64,000 nucleotides of DNA from Octopus vulgaris (GCA_951406725.2 OX597823.1:82956001-83020000), one strand, 5' to 3'; positions 1 through 14,869 are shown, numbered from the stretch's first letter. Numbers and translations are program-made. The notes: generated by a model from the letters alone, not told the origin.

Positions 1-63
1 AATCTGCTACCTGGTTTGACATAATCATCTATCCCTTTGGCTATCTTTAGAGGGAAACATTTT

Positions 64-706
64 ATTGTTTTCTACTTTAGGCACAAGGCCCGAAATTTGG
101 TGGGTGGGGCCAGTCGATTAGATCGACCCCAGTGCGTAACTGTTACTTAATTTATCGACCTCGGAATGATAAAAGGCAAAGTCGACCTCGGCAGAATTTG
201 AACTCAGAACATAAAGGCAGACGAAATACTGCTAAGCATTTTGCCCGGCGTGCTAATGTTTCTGCCAGCTTGCCGCCTTAGGGCAGCATTATATTTATTT
301 CTTTATTGCCCACTGGGGGTTAAACATAGAGGAGACAAACAAGGATAGTCAAAGGGATTAAGTCGATTACATCGACTCCAGTGCCTAACTGGTACTTATT
401 TAATCGACTCCGAAAGGGTGAAAGGCAAAGCCGACCTCGGCGGAATTTGAACTCAAAATATAAAGACAGATGAAATACCTATTACTACCCACAAGGGGCT
501 AAACACAGAGGACAAGCAAGGACTGACAAACGGATTGAGTCGATTACATCGACCCCAGTGCGTAACTGGTACTTATTTAATCGACCCCGAAAGGATGAAA
601 GGCAAAGTCGACCTCGGCGGAATTTGAACTCAGAACGTAACGGCAGACAAAATACGGCTACGCAAATCGCCCGGCGTGCTAATGACTCTCCCAGCTCGCC
701 GCCTTA
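64..706 (-). mobile_element. SINE family A (tRNA-like head, Meta-like central domain): a monomer plus a dimer, head-to-tail
   Basis: Reverse complement reads AAGGCGGCGAGCTGG...GAGTTCAAATTCCGCCGAGGTCGACTTTGCCTTTCATCCTTTCGGGGTCGAT...; the same sequence recurs at 30738, 34405 and 38898. TSD-like repeat TTAGRGCWGCATTATAT at 278-294 and 704-720. Confidence 0.85.
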
Positions 707-859
707 GAGCTGCATTATATAGCAAGCATTTGAGCAAGGCTTCCATTTTCAGAACATATTTCCTGCTTCAGCCTTCCCATTACTCTTGCAAGCCCTGTAA
801 TGGGCATTGGACATTGCATTTCATCTTAACTAAAATATATCTTTTCATCTTTTTTATTT

Positions 860-1220
860 TACTTTTTTCAGTCATTATACTGTGGCCATGCTGGAGTATC
901 GCATTGAAGGATTTAATCAAACAAAACGAACCCAACACTCACTTTTTTAGAACCGCTTAGTTACGGGCGGGTAAACGCACCAATACTGGTTGTCAACCGG
1001 TGGTAGGGGACAAACACAAACACAAAGACATCCCCCACATACATAGATATATATACATATATGTACTATGGGCTTCTTTCAGTTTCCGTTTACTAAATCT
1101 GCTCACAAAGTTTTAGTTGGTACAGGTCTGAAGTAGATTATATTTATCCAAACTGCCACTTAGTGGGTCTGAACACAGAATTACGTGGTTGGAACGCAAA
1201 CTTCTAATCACAGAGCCACA
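860..1220 (-). mobile_element. SINE family B, degenerate copy
   Basis: Carries TTTCAGTCATT..CTGTGGCCATGCTGGAG, GGGGACAAACAC and GGGCTTCTTTCAGTTTCCGT, matching the reverse complement of the full copies at 25012 and 32506. Confidence 0.75.
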
Positions 1221-1999
1221 AAGACGGTTTAAATCTATAAGCAATTTTTGGAGCAGTTACAGAGAGTATAGTTTATCAATTGAGAATTGGACATGAAAAC
1301 TGAAGTGCTGATTAAAAGTTTAAAGTTTTAACCACTTATCTTCTAGTTTATAAATAACACTATGATTTGTTTAGTTTGCTCTCCTACTCGAAGTCTAGTA
1401 AATTATTTAATATCTTTACGCGTTCACAACTTTGAATCGAATGATTGGATTTCTGATCCAATATTTCATCTACGTCTCTTATCCAATATGCCATTGACAA
1501 AAGAACCACCGAGTATTGTTTATTGCCTGCGTATGAATGTAATTTAAAGAATATATATATATATAATACATCATGAATACGTTTTGATCAGGATCATTCT
1601 TAACAATATAATTTTGAAGTTTAAGACGAAAACATGTAAAACGCAATAGAATTTCATCTGGATTGACATTCTTATACACACACATACACACATATATATC
1701 TTTTAAATTTGATTATGGGAAATGTTTTGAATATGGCAATAAAGCTTCTATTCTGTTATGCTTGCCAGTGTCTAGTGATGCTGACTCGTGAGCAAGTTTT
1801 TCAGGGTTGCTTCAAGTTATATCCATATAATGAAGGATAAATATAATAATAATAACGATAATCTAGGATGGAATTTACTCGCGTGGCGATGCATTAAATG
1901 TTTTTAAATTCCATCCTAGGATTGTGATATGTATGGGAGTCTGTGTGTGTGTGTGTGTGTCTGTGTGTGTGCGTGTGTATGTATGTGTGTGTGTGTATA

Positions 2000-2264
2000 C
2001 TTTTTATCTTATACTTGTTTCAGTCATTATTATACTGCGGCCACGCTGGGGCGCCGCATTCAAGAATTTTTAGTTGAATGAATCGATCCTAGTACTTACA
2101 TTTTGTTATACCGCGTACTTGTTATATCGGTCTCTTTTGACGGACTGCTTGGTCATGGAGACGTAAATATACCAATACTGGTTGTCAAGCGATTGTTGGG
2201 GGCCAAACAAAGACAAAGACTCGCACGCACACAAATACACACACACACACAAACGCACGCACGC

Positions 2265-2299
<35 letters not shown>

Positions 2300-2505
2300 C
2301 ACACATACACACACATATATATATATATGTATATATATGTACAACGGTATTCTTACAGTTTCTGTCCACCAAATCCACTCTCAAGGCTCTGGTCAACCCG
2401 CAACTATAGTAAAAGTCACCTTCCCAAGATTCCACGGACTGGGACCAAACACAGATTCGTGTGGCTGGGAAGCAAGCTTCTTACCACACGGCCCTGCCAG
2501 CGCCA
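2000..2505 (-). mobile_element. SINE family B with internal (CA)n/(TA)n tract
   Basis: Collinear with the reverse complement of 32506-32932 from tail (CTTGTTTCAGTCATT) to head (CTTACCACACGGCC). Confidence 0.85.
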
Positions 2506-2533
2506 CAAACACACACACACACACACACACACT

Positions 2534-2587
<54 letters not shown>

Positions 2588-4944
2588 AAGAAGAGGACTT
2601 TATATTCGCAAGTTGCTGCTATGACCCGTCATATCCTATCGAACATTGAGCAAAACATCTGAAATTTTAAGAGACAAATATTGCTTCAATCCTTAACTTT
2701 TTTATAATTATTTTATAGGGTAGACATAAAGAGAAGTATTGGTCCCAGGAATTTTTTCTTATCTTTCGAGAACGGAGCCAGAAGGAGTGAAGGAACCCAA
2801 AACCTAGTGTGAATACTTTCAACGGAGGGGATCCTGATTAATTCGCCTAAAAGCCGGGAAGAGGCGGTAAGTCGTACAACGGATTCACTCTATAACAAAC
2901 AGACAGAACAGGTACGATCCAACGATTTTCTCTATTTTAACAATTTGTTTCTAGACACTTTAATCATAAGTTTTTGATTCACCTGAGGCTATGGTTGGAG
3001 AAAATTGCTCCTGTTCTCTCATTTTAATTATATCTATACCGTAAAATGTTTGGAGCATAGAAATTTCAAAACGTCAGATTTCTTATATAGTATGTACAGC
3101 CCTTTAATAGGCTTCCGACATTGCAATTTATCGGTACTATATTTTTGTCACGTTTTTGTCTAATACCACAGAGCCATAAGCTATGGCTAGAATTTCTAGA
3201 TCTGTAGTTATCATGTAATTCTTGTCTATACCACTCTTTCGAACACTTTCAAAGTTCTTCGTTTCTATTATCACTCTGCTATATACTCATTTTAAGTGTA
3301 AACTGAAGTATTATCTATTTACTATAGAATTTTATCTCTTTATAAAACAATCCACCAACTTGTTATTATAGTCATATAAAATTGCTCGTCTTTTAATATT
3401 TGCCAGACTAAATATCATTATAGCGTCTTATACAAAATCAGTTGCCATCGCTGTGCATTTTTACTCCAGACAAAATGTTTCGTTGCATTTAATTATAATA
3501 TTTTACAGTTTTAGTTAAATCGTGTTTTTATTAAAATTCTTTGAAAAAATGAATAATTTATGGTCAAGAAATAATCTTTTTAAATTAAAATTTTATGGAT
3601 TTATTTTCGTGAAAATTATATATATATATATTTAAAACTTATATATTATTGCTTCTTTACTTTTTTCTCTACACTAAATAAATTTATTTATTCACATATT
3701 TTTATAGAGGATCTTTTTATCTTTTTCATTTTCTTCCAACCACTTGAAGATTTTTGAATTGTTAATGGGTTCTTTTTAAATTTTCGAAACAGATGATGGT
3801 TTGCATGCTGATGACAGATATTGCATTCATTTTCTCGAAATATTAATAATTAACAAGTCTAACATTTAATGTTATATATTTTTAACCAATAATATGGGTC
3901 TATGTCCTCACAAGCGGAAGTCGAAACTGTTTAATGCCATAGTTACGGTGACAACAAACGAACTATCAGTGAAAATGCAGACAAAAGGAACCGTGAAAAT
4001 TGAATATGTATTTTGTTAAAGAATTTAAGGAAAGAAATCCAGACAAGCAAAAAAGGGAGTTTTTTTTATTTAATTCAAAGAAAACAGATAAAATATTATT
4101 TTTTACCTGTGGCTAGAAAAAACAGCCAAAATAAAACGAAAAGACATGGATTATCAATAAAAGATAATGGTGAACTAAAACAATGTCATGAAATTAACGA
4201 AACTGAGATATATACTGCAGTATCTTTTGAAGCAAATCTTGGTTTTCATGCTTGCGGCGCCACATAAGCTCGCAGAGATAAAAGTCCATTGTAGAACAAT
4301 TAGTGCATAAGAGCCGTTTTGCGAGTTTACAAACTGAAAGCTGTGTTTCAGCGTTCAATGGCGAGATTGGTACCCTGACAGCTTAGAAATATGCAAGTAT
4401 GCGCACCACAGGTCATTGTAAATAGTTGTTCTCGGCAGAACAGTTTGTCGAATGCAGTCTGTCACTGTATCATGATCTCGAGATAGAACAGTGAAAATAA
4501 AAAGCCCAAATAAATGAGCTTTTCGGGTTTCGCAACTGCCGAAAACCCACACCTGAAGGGACCACCGTTAATCTCCTTTGGACTGCAGTGCAAATCTCCT
4601 GTAAATAACTTTTATTGTCTACTGTGACAATAATATTAGTCCTTAATTCCACCGTAAAAAAAAAAAAACTAAGAGCCTGCTAAATTCTTTCACTTGCAGC
4701 AGTATAAGTAAACAAAGATACACTGGAGTAGCCATGACAACAAACAATTTCGAATTCCGTTATGAGGACACTGGCTTGAGCGTCATTAGTTAAAAATACG
4801 TAAAATTAAATGCTTCTAATGTCTTTATTATATATTCCCCACAATAATAACAGCGATGTTGGTCACCAGCATGCAAAACTATATCAAAATTCAGTCTTTG
4901 AAAATTTTCAGATTAAGATTTGTGATCGGAAGAAAACGGGGTAG

Positions 4945-5320
<376 letters not shown>

Positions 5321-6138
5321 TAATCTTAATATAAATGGTAAGAAATTACGTGGCACCGATAGCAGACTTCGATTTGTTACAAGGTCAGTCTAGATCTTTG
5401 ATCTGAGAATGACTTTTATCTCTTTTTCTTTCTTTTTTTTTTGCTCTTGGAGCCTATGAGAACGTGCATATATCATAAAAAGAAAACTCACGTGCTCAAA
5501 TGAGCTGGTGTTTATTTCAAACTATTTACTGAATAGAACTGCATTAGAACTGAACTGAAGACCTATAAATTAGTGGTTGTTTATCCGCACCGTCATTCGC
5601 TCCCACCGAATTTATCTGGTACAGTTTATCTTTAAACCCTCTATGGCATATTTAAATGGTTGCCTTCATTCATTTAAAATCTATAAGATGTGTTCGGTGG
5701 AGACAAGAAATATTCAACCTTTTACAAATTTGCCACAAAAAATCGTTTCCATTTTCCCGACCAATATTGATGTCTTAGCTTCGTATTTGTTTGTGAGTTA
5801 GAGAATTATTCACAAATTTGAATACTATTATTGTTTAACAAGTGTTGATATAACGAAAGAAGAAAACAATTGGAATTTTTTATTTCTTTTAAACTTATTG
5901 ATAGTTTATAGATTTGATTGTTTAGGAATTTGAATTCATTATTCAAGAGAAATATATTTGTCTATTAAACGTGGATATACCGACAGCAGATTGCATTGTT
6001 TGTTTGTTGTAAAAATTCACAACATAACTAAAAGTAATAAAAAGAACCTGAAAAGAAAACAGGATAAAAATCTATCACATACCTACTCCAATCGTAATTA
6101 TCAGGCGGCTTTTTTGTTTCTACAACGCTTGGAATCCT

Positions 6139-7153
6139 TTATACATAACCCACGATTCTTTATTACCGAACTTCAACCTTCAATTCCAATATTAAAAAAT
6201 GAATTAAGTTTCTTTCATTGCAAAGATAAAGATGAGGTTTTAAAGATACCTTTAAGATGAAGAAAAAGGAAGCTTTGAAACTTTATTGTATAGTCACTTC
6301 CTCCACAGAACGCCTCAAATAGTTTTCAAATTTTGGCTCAAAACCAGCAGTTTTGGAGAAATGACTTTGTCGATCCATCGACTCCATTCACTGATCCTTT
6401 TTAATCGACTCCCGCCCCACTTCATAGAGACAGAAGGTAAAGTTGACCGCGTCGAAATTTGAACCCAGAACGTAATGAATCGGAAGAAATACTACTAGCC
6501 ATTTTGTCTGACGCTTGTTCGACGCCTTGCAAAGTCTTTATAACTTTTCTACTAAAGTTATAAGTCCTGAAATTCTATGAGAACGTGCATATAGTCATAG
6601 AAAAGAAAACTCACGTGCTCAAATGAGCTGGTGTTTAATTTATCAATCATTTACTGAATAGAACTGCATTAAAAGCACAGCCAACGTAAAGCCAGATGAA
6701 ATTAGTGGTTGTTTATCCGCACCTAACAGTTCGCTCCAGCACCGAATTTATCTGGTACAGTCTATCCTATATAAGGGCAACCATTGATATAACTATGTAA
6801 ATTCAGTTGATGATCCCCTCTCTCTCTAATGCAACAGTCGGATCATTAACACCGTCAGATTTGCAAAATTTTCCCCTTTTCAGTGGTAGTCATGTTGATT
6901 AAATCTTAGATACTTTTATATCCCATCCAGATATCATGATGCTGTTCCTTTTATTTCAATACATCTGTTTCATTTATATAGGAAAGAATTTAACTTGTGT
7001 AAGTGCTATAGACACTACCGTTTACTCTATACGTCGATTGGTTGTAATACTAGAAAAAATTTTAATATCCAGTAGTATATACGATATTATTACTGTTCAG
7101 TATTATATCCTATAATTTTTTGCTCAATATCGGTTATCAGTGATCATCACACG

Positions 7154-7240
<87 letters not shown>

Positions 7241-7513
7241 ATTTTTCTGTTTGGTGCTACATTCTACTCTTATACATAACCCACGATTCTTTATTACCGA
7301 ACTTCAACCTTCAATTCCAATATTAAAAAATGAATTAAGTTTCTTTCATTGCAAAGATAAAGATGAGGTTTTAAAGATACCTTTAAGATGAAGAAAAAAG
7401 GAAGCTTTGAAACTTTATTGTATAGTCACTTCCTCCACAGAACGCCTCAAATAGTTTTCAAATTTTGGCTCAAAACCAGCAGTTTTGGAGAAATGACTTT
7501 GTCGATCCATCGA
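6139..7513 (+). repeat. Near-identical direct duplication of about 243 bp (6139-6381 / 7270-7513)
   Basis: Read base by base, the two copies differ only in one A-run length (5 vs 6 A). The ORF track shows the same peptide IHNPRFFITELQPSIPILKNELSFFHCKDKDEVLKIPLR twice. Confidence 0.9.
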
Positions 7514-8798
7514 TTTTACAATGTTTGTTCCTCGTTATAAGACCTCTACGATAGCAGACGCACAGGTGAGAATATGACCGCGTCGAAATTTGAATGCCCT
7601 TGATGTAAATCTAAATAATACTCCAGACATTGATTTTTTTTCTTTTTTGGCACACGTTCACTAAAGTTATAAGTCCTGAAATTCTAAGGGGGAAGTGACT
7701 AGTAGTTTAGATAGACCCCAGTACTCAACTGGTATTAATTTATCAATCAAGCGGAAAAGAGTAAAAGCACAGCCAACGTAAAGCCAGATGAAAAACTGCT
7801 GGAAATTTTATCCGTCACTCTAACAGTTCCACCAGCACGTCGCCTTGCAAAGTCCTTTCCTTATTATTCATATTTTAATTTTTGTTCTTTTTGATATTTA
7901 TTCTTCATTCATCTCCACTCTTTCTCCTTATTCTTTAGATTTCAATTCCCGTCACTGCATTATATTGGTTCTCGGGTGTATAAAGCTAAAAAAAATAATA
8001 AAAAGGTCTTTAGAATTTTACACACTTCGATTATTGCCTGATTTAGCATGTCTGTCATATTTCTGTAGTGAAAAAAAAAAAAAAAAAGATTTGATATCAT
8101 GCTGTAATTAGAATATCTCAATATACAGTTGTCACGAAAACGCCAGTCTTTTGTAAAAAAAAAAAGAAGCAAATACTTACACACACACGTATTTTTCTGT
8201 TTGGTGCTACATTCTACTCTTAACATCCTCCATTTTATGAAAGTTTCGGTCGACCTAAATTTCCGTTTGTCTTAATTTGTTGCAATAATTTCCGTCCCTT
8301 CATAAACGCTTAATATAGTGATTTCAAATTTTGGCTAAAGTTCAGCACTTTTGGAGAAAAGTGAGTTTGTTAATGCCAGTGACTTCAGTACTTGACTTAT
8401 TTTTTTTTTCTATCGACCCTTGAGAGATGTAAGGTAAAATTGATCGCAGTGGAATTTGAACTCAGATCGTAATGAGTCGGAACAAATATTGCTAGATGCT
8501 CTAATGATAATGCCAGCTCGGCACCTTGCAAAGCCTATATAAGTCTTTCTTTTATAGACACAAGACATGAAATTTTAAGGGGAGGTAATCAGAATATCTT
8601 AATATGGAGATGAAATATAAAAGTCAATGTTTTGTGAAACCAAATACTTATTGCCAAAAGCTAATTTTTTTCCGGTATTTAATTCTTTGCAAATCATAAG
8701 TTCAATAACTGTACTAACATACTGCTTGATATCAATTAATTCTTTGAAATTTCATGATATTTATTGATCGGATATTTTCAAATAAGGTAAAATATAAT

Positions 8799-8830
8799 TC
8801 GTATTTACCGGGATATAAGACGCACTCTTC
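8799..8830 (+). mobile_element. Possible pogo/Tc2-type TIR remnant
   Basis: TCGTATTTACCGGGATATAAGACGCAC resembles CCGTATTT.CCG...TATAAG.CGCAC termini; no partner TIR identified. Confidence 0.4.
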
Positions 8831-11484
8831 CATATGAAAATCCCCCACTTTCTTTTAATAAATATATTTTGTGGAAAAAGAAAACTGAATATATTTTATC
8901 GTACATTGATACACTCATTATAGCATCTGTAATACAGTCACACTTGCCACACCGCAGTTGTTAGATTTAAGAATAAAGATATGTACGATATGTACGGTAA
9001 GACCATAAAATAAAGAGGTTGATTTTTCAAATGACTTTTACTTGGAAGGTTTCAAAGTCGTTCATGCTTTTCCAAATAGTTGTAAGTGTGCAAAGAAACT
9101 GAACTAGACACAGTTCGATTTTGATATTATTTTGATTATTCAAATACTTGAATTTCCTTCTTGCTTTGTAACTCTCATCACAACTGGAACAAAATGGCAC
9201 ATTTTTAAAATTAAAACTGAAAGTAGGTATTCAGTATTTGTGTCACGAATTCAGTGTTCTGCGTAACAATCTCGAATAATAATTAAATACTGCTGAACAT
9301 TCAACAATCATGCTGTGTGGGAAAGGACAGGGTAAGATGAGTGTATCATACACCTTATTTGTTCGTCATGTATGTATGGAGTAACTACATTAAAGAGTGG
9401 AAAGTACAATTTCCTGTAATTCAGACCGCCTCACGGCCCCAGAAGACAAAATGGAAAAAGGATTTCTCCCAGAAGATGGCGAAGAGGATGTACTGGAACA
9501 GCCACTCTAATTCACGGGGCTCGCACGGGCCGTTTGTTTAAGAGAGAGGAGAGGAAGCGTATTGTCTCGGTTCAAGTACTTTCCCTGTACAAAATGTTAA
9601 AATTAGAATTTGAGCCTGGTGATATTTAGACACAGAATTTAGAGAAATCAAGGCTAAAAAATAATATAAAAAATGTATTCCAGTGCTCTTTACAGCAGTG
9701 ATTTCTATTCAGTCAATGGCGTCCTTACCTAGAATTTAGAAGAATGGGGTTAGAATATAACATACAACATTTTGTCCCATGCGCTATATAACTGATTTCT
9801 GCAATGATCAAAGGTGTTCCCTCCCCAACCTTGCCGTCTGTATCTATAATACTATATTATTCCATTCGTTCTAAGAGTTGTCTTTATATTTCCTCTCTCC
9901 AAAGTCAATATTACTTTATCAGTAACACATTAAGGTCATAGACTTAGAAGGTTTGTCATCTGTCATGAACACGAGGACACATAAGGCGGAGCTGAAACCC
10001 ATTTGAAGCTGAGTGGACTGTGCCAACATGGAGTTCAAATGTTTTGGTCAGGAACACAATGCACCGCCGGTCTGGAAATCAAAACCACGATCGCTATATC
10101 CTGTGTGAAATACCCTATACACTAAGATCAGTCGATCATGGTTCCTGCCCAGTAAAATTTATCCGTGTACCAAATCTTAGTTAAAAAAGTGAAATAAGAC
10201 AAAACATCACAGTATACTTGTGATGATGACAAAATTAATTTTTAAAGCAATTTCGATTATCTATTCCAATTAAGTTGGGCAAATAAATCAATTTTAAAAC
10301 TAGCATATTTAACTGTATTCATAATCATAAATAATTAATACATTTGACAATAAGCTTGACCGTATATTCTCAGAAATGAATATAATAGATTTGTCAGCAG
10401 AATATCTATGAACGATGTCATTCCATAGAAATCTTGTTTGAAGTACAATTTTCTCGCTAGAATCCAATTTTGTTTTCTTGCCGTTTGGTAACACGCCAGT
10501 TGCGTTGGCGAAAAGGTTTTTGTATTATGAATCGGTTTATAATATTCTACTTCTGTAGTCATGTACTTTTATGTTCTAAGTTCAAATGATGCTGAGATTT
10601 CATTCGGCTTTCCATAAAATGTGTATCAGCTCGGAACAGGAGAGGGGTAGGGTGATCAAATATTTCGTACTCAGACCTTAATTTGAGATTTATGCTTACA
10701 TCACATATAGATATTTCATTTATAACTGTTGTATTGATTTATAGAACAGGAATTTAGTATTAAATCCGGAATCAGCGTCTAATATGGTGTTTTTCTTCTT
10801 ACACACATGCACTGGCGATTACGAACAGACTGCTGAAGCCGACGTGTGACAGGCGTGACAATGCCACACGGCTCTGATCCTGTGATATGAGTTTCAGAAA
10901 CGACAATGAGTATAACTATTGTTTGCTTATGAGGCGTAAAGATATGCTACATCTATGCTGGTGTAAGATGTCTGTAATAATAAAAGCAAAATTCGGTTTG
11001 TCTGTCTGGGACCCCTGCATGTCAGTGTGCATTTGCTCTCCATAGACATATACCTTTTTGGAATCAGGATGATCCCAGGATTAAAAATCTACCTTTCATT
11101 TGTCTCTTGAACATCCAGCATTGGAATCTGCTATTCCTCGCAGGTAAAGCTTGGCTGATTCACGCCATCTTGGCTGGCGTTTGTCAGATGACGTCAGAGA
11201 TCAAGGGGTAGATAAATGATATTTGCTTCGTTAAATTTACGTTGAGGTAAGAACCTTAGGATAAACGGGCCAACATTTGGAATTCAACTTGGGATTATAG
11301 CAATATAATGATTTCATTACAGAATTCCCGTCGCTCCTTAACTTCTGAGCAAATATGACCGGAACATATAGTTATTTAGCTATTTAGCTATCTCCAGTTT
11401 TGGGCCGCAGGCCCAATTAGCTATCCACAGGCGCCAGAGCAAAAGTCGGCACGGAGTGCAGGTTTTAAGATAGTTAATAATAAA

Positions 11485-11515
<31 letters not shown>

Positions 11516-11650
11516 TGTATGTATGTATGTATGCATGCATGTATGCATGTATGTATGTATGTATGTATGTATGCATGTATGCATGTATGTATGTATGTAT
11601 GTATGTATGTATGTATGCATGCATGTATGCATGTATGTATGTATGTATGC

Positions 11651-11689
<39 letters not shown>

Positions 11690-12388
11690 CACGCTGCGGT
11701 GAATATATTGTTTTCTAAATTACGCAAAATCGAAAATAACTCTGACATCTCATTTTAAGAGATATATATTTTCCAAAATTACTTTAAAATATCTTGAAAT
11801 ACAAAAGAGTAAATATATTTAATAAAATCGCCACTGACTTACACCATGGTCTCCGGACGACTCCGGAATCCCCTGAAGCTCTTCTGGACGGTCTCCTTGT
11901 TTAAGTTGTTGAATGATTCCATAATCCTTGCCTTCAGTTCTATGCCAGACATTGGGTCTTCCAGTAGCCACCGTCTTGACCCAGGGTAGCATTAACTCCT
12001 CCGGGCACTCGATGTAGGACGGCATGTTGAATCTGAGACTGTGTGGGAAGATGAATAAAGGCATAACGTCGATCACTAGTGATCACTCCAAACACCATGA
12101 TGTTGACTGGATGTTTGATTTTTATCACTCCCGGTATATGTTTTGGGGACACGGAAAACGTTTAGATTGACATCCAAACACTCTCAAATGTTCGTATTGG
12201 AGCTTCCGGCGCTAATGCCAAGTAATACAGTATGCCATTTCCAAATATCTGGCACTTTGAATTGCATCACGGTGCTGTTTTTCGCACAGACGGTGCCCAA
12301 CTGACCCTGTTATACTGAGTTGTGGGTAAAATAAAAAATCAATGCGCATGCGTGAAATTAAAGACAACAATTTGCCCCTTGCACCCTG
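11690..12388 (-). mobile_element. Internally deleted Tc1/mariner element, maT (DD37D)-like
   Basis: Minus-strand end TA|CAGGGTGCA at 12388. Frame-shifted peptides KHPVNIMVFGVITSD and VMPLFIFPHSLRFN...LPWVKTVATGRPNVW parallel the 17.4-18.6 kb transposase. Flanked by TA-rich repeats. Confidence 0.7.
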
Positions 12389-12427
12389 TATATAAATATG
12401 TGAGTGTGTGTGTATAGTATATATAGT

Positions 12428-12477
<50 letters not shown>

Positions 12478-12495
12478 GTGTGTGTGTGTGTGTTA

Positions 12496-12553
<58 letters not shown>

Positions 12554-12566
12554 ATATATACAGTAC

Positions 12567-12601
<35 letters not shown>

Positions 12602-12635
12602 TAAATATATATACAGTACATGTATAGCATATATG

Positions 12636-12682
<47 letters not shown>

Positions 12683-14612
12683 AGATAATTGCTCGTTGTA
12701 AGATAAATTTAGCCGCCGGTTCTGTAATCAGTAACCGCGAGAAGTAATTGCAACGCACGTTGTCACATCCACAAAATATCACAAAATAGCAAAATAGGAA
12801 AGCCTCAGTAAACAATATGACTCTCCTCTGCGTAATTCCTTACGCTAATAGATTATAAATGCAGGAGATAATATTCATACCACAACATAATGCACAACAT
12901 TCATTTATATATAATTCAATCAAATATCTGGTGGTGGCGGACAATAGTGCCAAATTTCGGCTGTAGGCACCACATATATCGCATTGGCGCCACGCTTACT
13001 ATAGAGATTTAACAATTTATGTGACAATCCTCCATAGGCCAGTGAAATTGAGTATCATTGTTGATTGTAAAGTATATTATTCCAAAAGAATATGCAGCGA
13101 ACACTTAAGAAAATGAAGAAAACATTTCGTGTATGTGTGTTGTGTATGTGCGTAAATATAACGATAGATACGGAGAAAATTTTCTCTTTATCTATGCACA
13201 CACATATACATACACACACATATATACATATACGTATGCATCGTAGTGAGTTATCTGGGCCAGTCACCAAAGATTTGACAGTGATGGAGGTTATAACGGG
13301 TTACGAGTTTCCAATAGAAGTTCTATGTACTTGTGTCAGATCTTTCATGACCTAACATACATACACAGCAGCGAAGCAACTTTAGCATTAGAAAATGTTT
13401 GTGGGTTCCTTGCGAAGTCGAGGAAGTCGTAGGTGTATATTTTCTCAAAATTATTTCTGATCAGTCATCAAGAGAATGTCTGCTGTTGAGATTTTGAGCT
13501 CCGGGATATGCAAAAATAAATATCTTACAAATATCTGATATTCTAGACATCAACAGAAATTATATCAGAAATTGTTGAAAGCAATTTGTACTGAAAAGAA
13601 AGTTTGAAGACGGTGGAATCGTTAAAAGTCCATAAATCATATTTGCAGTGAAATATGAGAAAAATATATAATGTGTGGTGATTGTTGAGTATATCTTTAG
13701 GTATTCAACTGTCCTTTAAAAGATGACTTCAAAACAATGAGTTACTGCCTACCCCACCGTTCCAATCGATGACAAACGACCTACCGCAGTAATTTTAATA
13801 TAGAAGAAATGGATAATAATCCTAAAACAGGGTTAGTCGAGGTCGAAATTAGTCTTTAAGGGACATAGAGCCGGTCTCGCGGTTTCTTTGTCGTATGTAT
13901 TTCTTCTGCAGTATAATTCACTTTTAGCAGAGATTTTGTAGTTTGAGTAACACAAAGCTCGCTTAGAATGTAATTGGTAGTTAGCAGACAATGTTTCAAC
14001 CTCATTTGGCATCATTAATACGGTTTGGAAACCAATTTCAATTTAGGAAGGAATATTTTTTAAGCTTAGCATAAAATGATCGGATGTGCTCATCACTGAA
14101 GAGATCAAATGTAATCGAAACACCGTATCTGACGATCCGCCGACGACATTCTAATTATTTATGCCTTTTTTTGAAACAACACTCATTTTGAAAAGTTCAC
14201 CTGCGGCAAAATATTACAACTAGCACTGTCTTACATTTGTATTTATACACACTCTGATATTTTACTTTTTGACGTTTTATCCAATCTTAATTTCTCAGTT
14301 TTGAGTACAATTCATAACCGTTTTTCTGCCTGGCTTACTTTTGTACAAAGGCTAAATATTTGACACTCTCACTGAGAAACTATTAGTTTCAAAGTTAAGT
14401 ATGGTAATGTATTGTAAAATGTTTCGAAACCAAATTAAATACTTCTCTTCCTGTCTGAGAACAGTATTAGACGATCAAAAATATTATTGAACGACATTTT
14501 TTAAAACTACAATTTCACATTTAAATTATAGGAAACAGAATTGTATTGATTTTAGTTAAGAAAACTAAGAGTGTGAAAGAGTTTTTGTATGTATACGTGT
14601 GTATGTGAGAGG

Positions 14613-14655
<43 letters not shown>

Positions 14656-14869
14656 GGAGAGAGAAGAAAAAGATCGTCTGCTCGATATGTAAGACAGCCA
14701 TTATATCTCTATTCGAGATTACAATGGAACATACAGTGTGTAATTTCATTCAACAAGAAGATACATTTACTATTAGGTTTTGTCTCCGATCGACAAAACC
14801 AATTTCCTTGTATGCATTTTAAGCCAGAATATATCCTCAGGTGCATTTGGCATCGTGACTATGCGCGTT

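Noticed and set aside
4250-4660. Unique, moderately GC-rich stretch as an exon or enhancer (similar ones at 2750-2930, 12690-13060, 28600-29010, 40100-40690)
   Set aside because: No recognisable protein motif or exon chain; regulatory function cannot be supported without conservation data.
10970-11060. Helitron-like 5' end TCTGTAATAATAAAAG...TGTCTGTCTG
   Set aside because: No matching 3' hairpin/CTRR end could be located.
11188-11195. TGACGTCA CRE site (also GC-box and NRF1-like words at about 59510 and 60882)
   Set aside because: Single short motifs are expected by chance in 64 kb, and there is no linked gene start.
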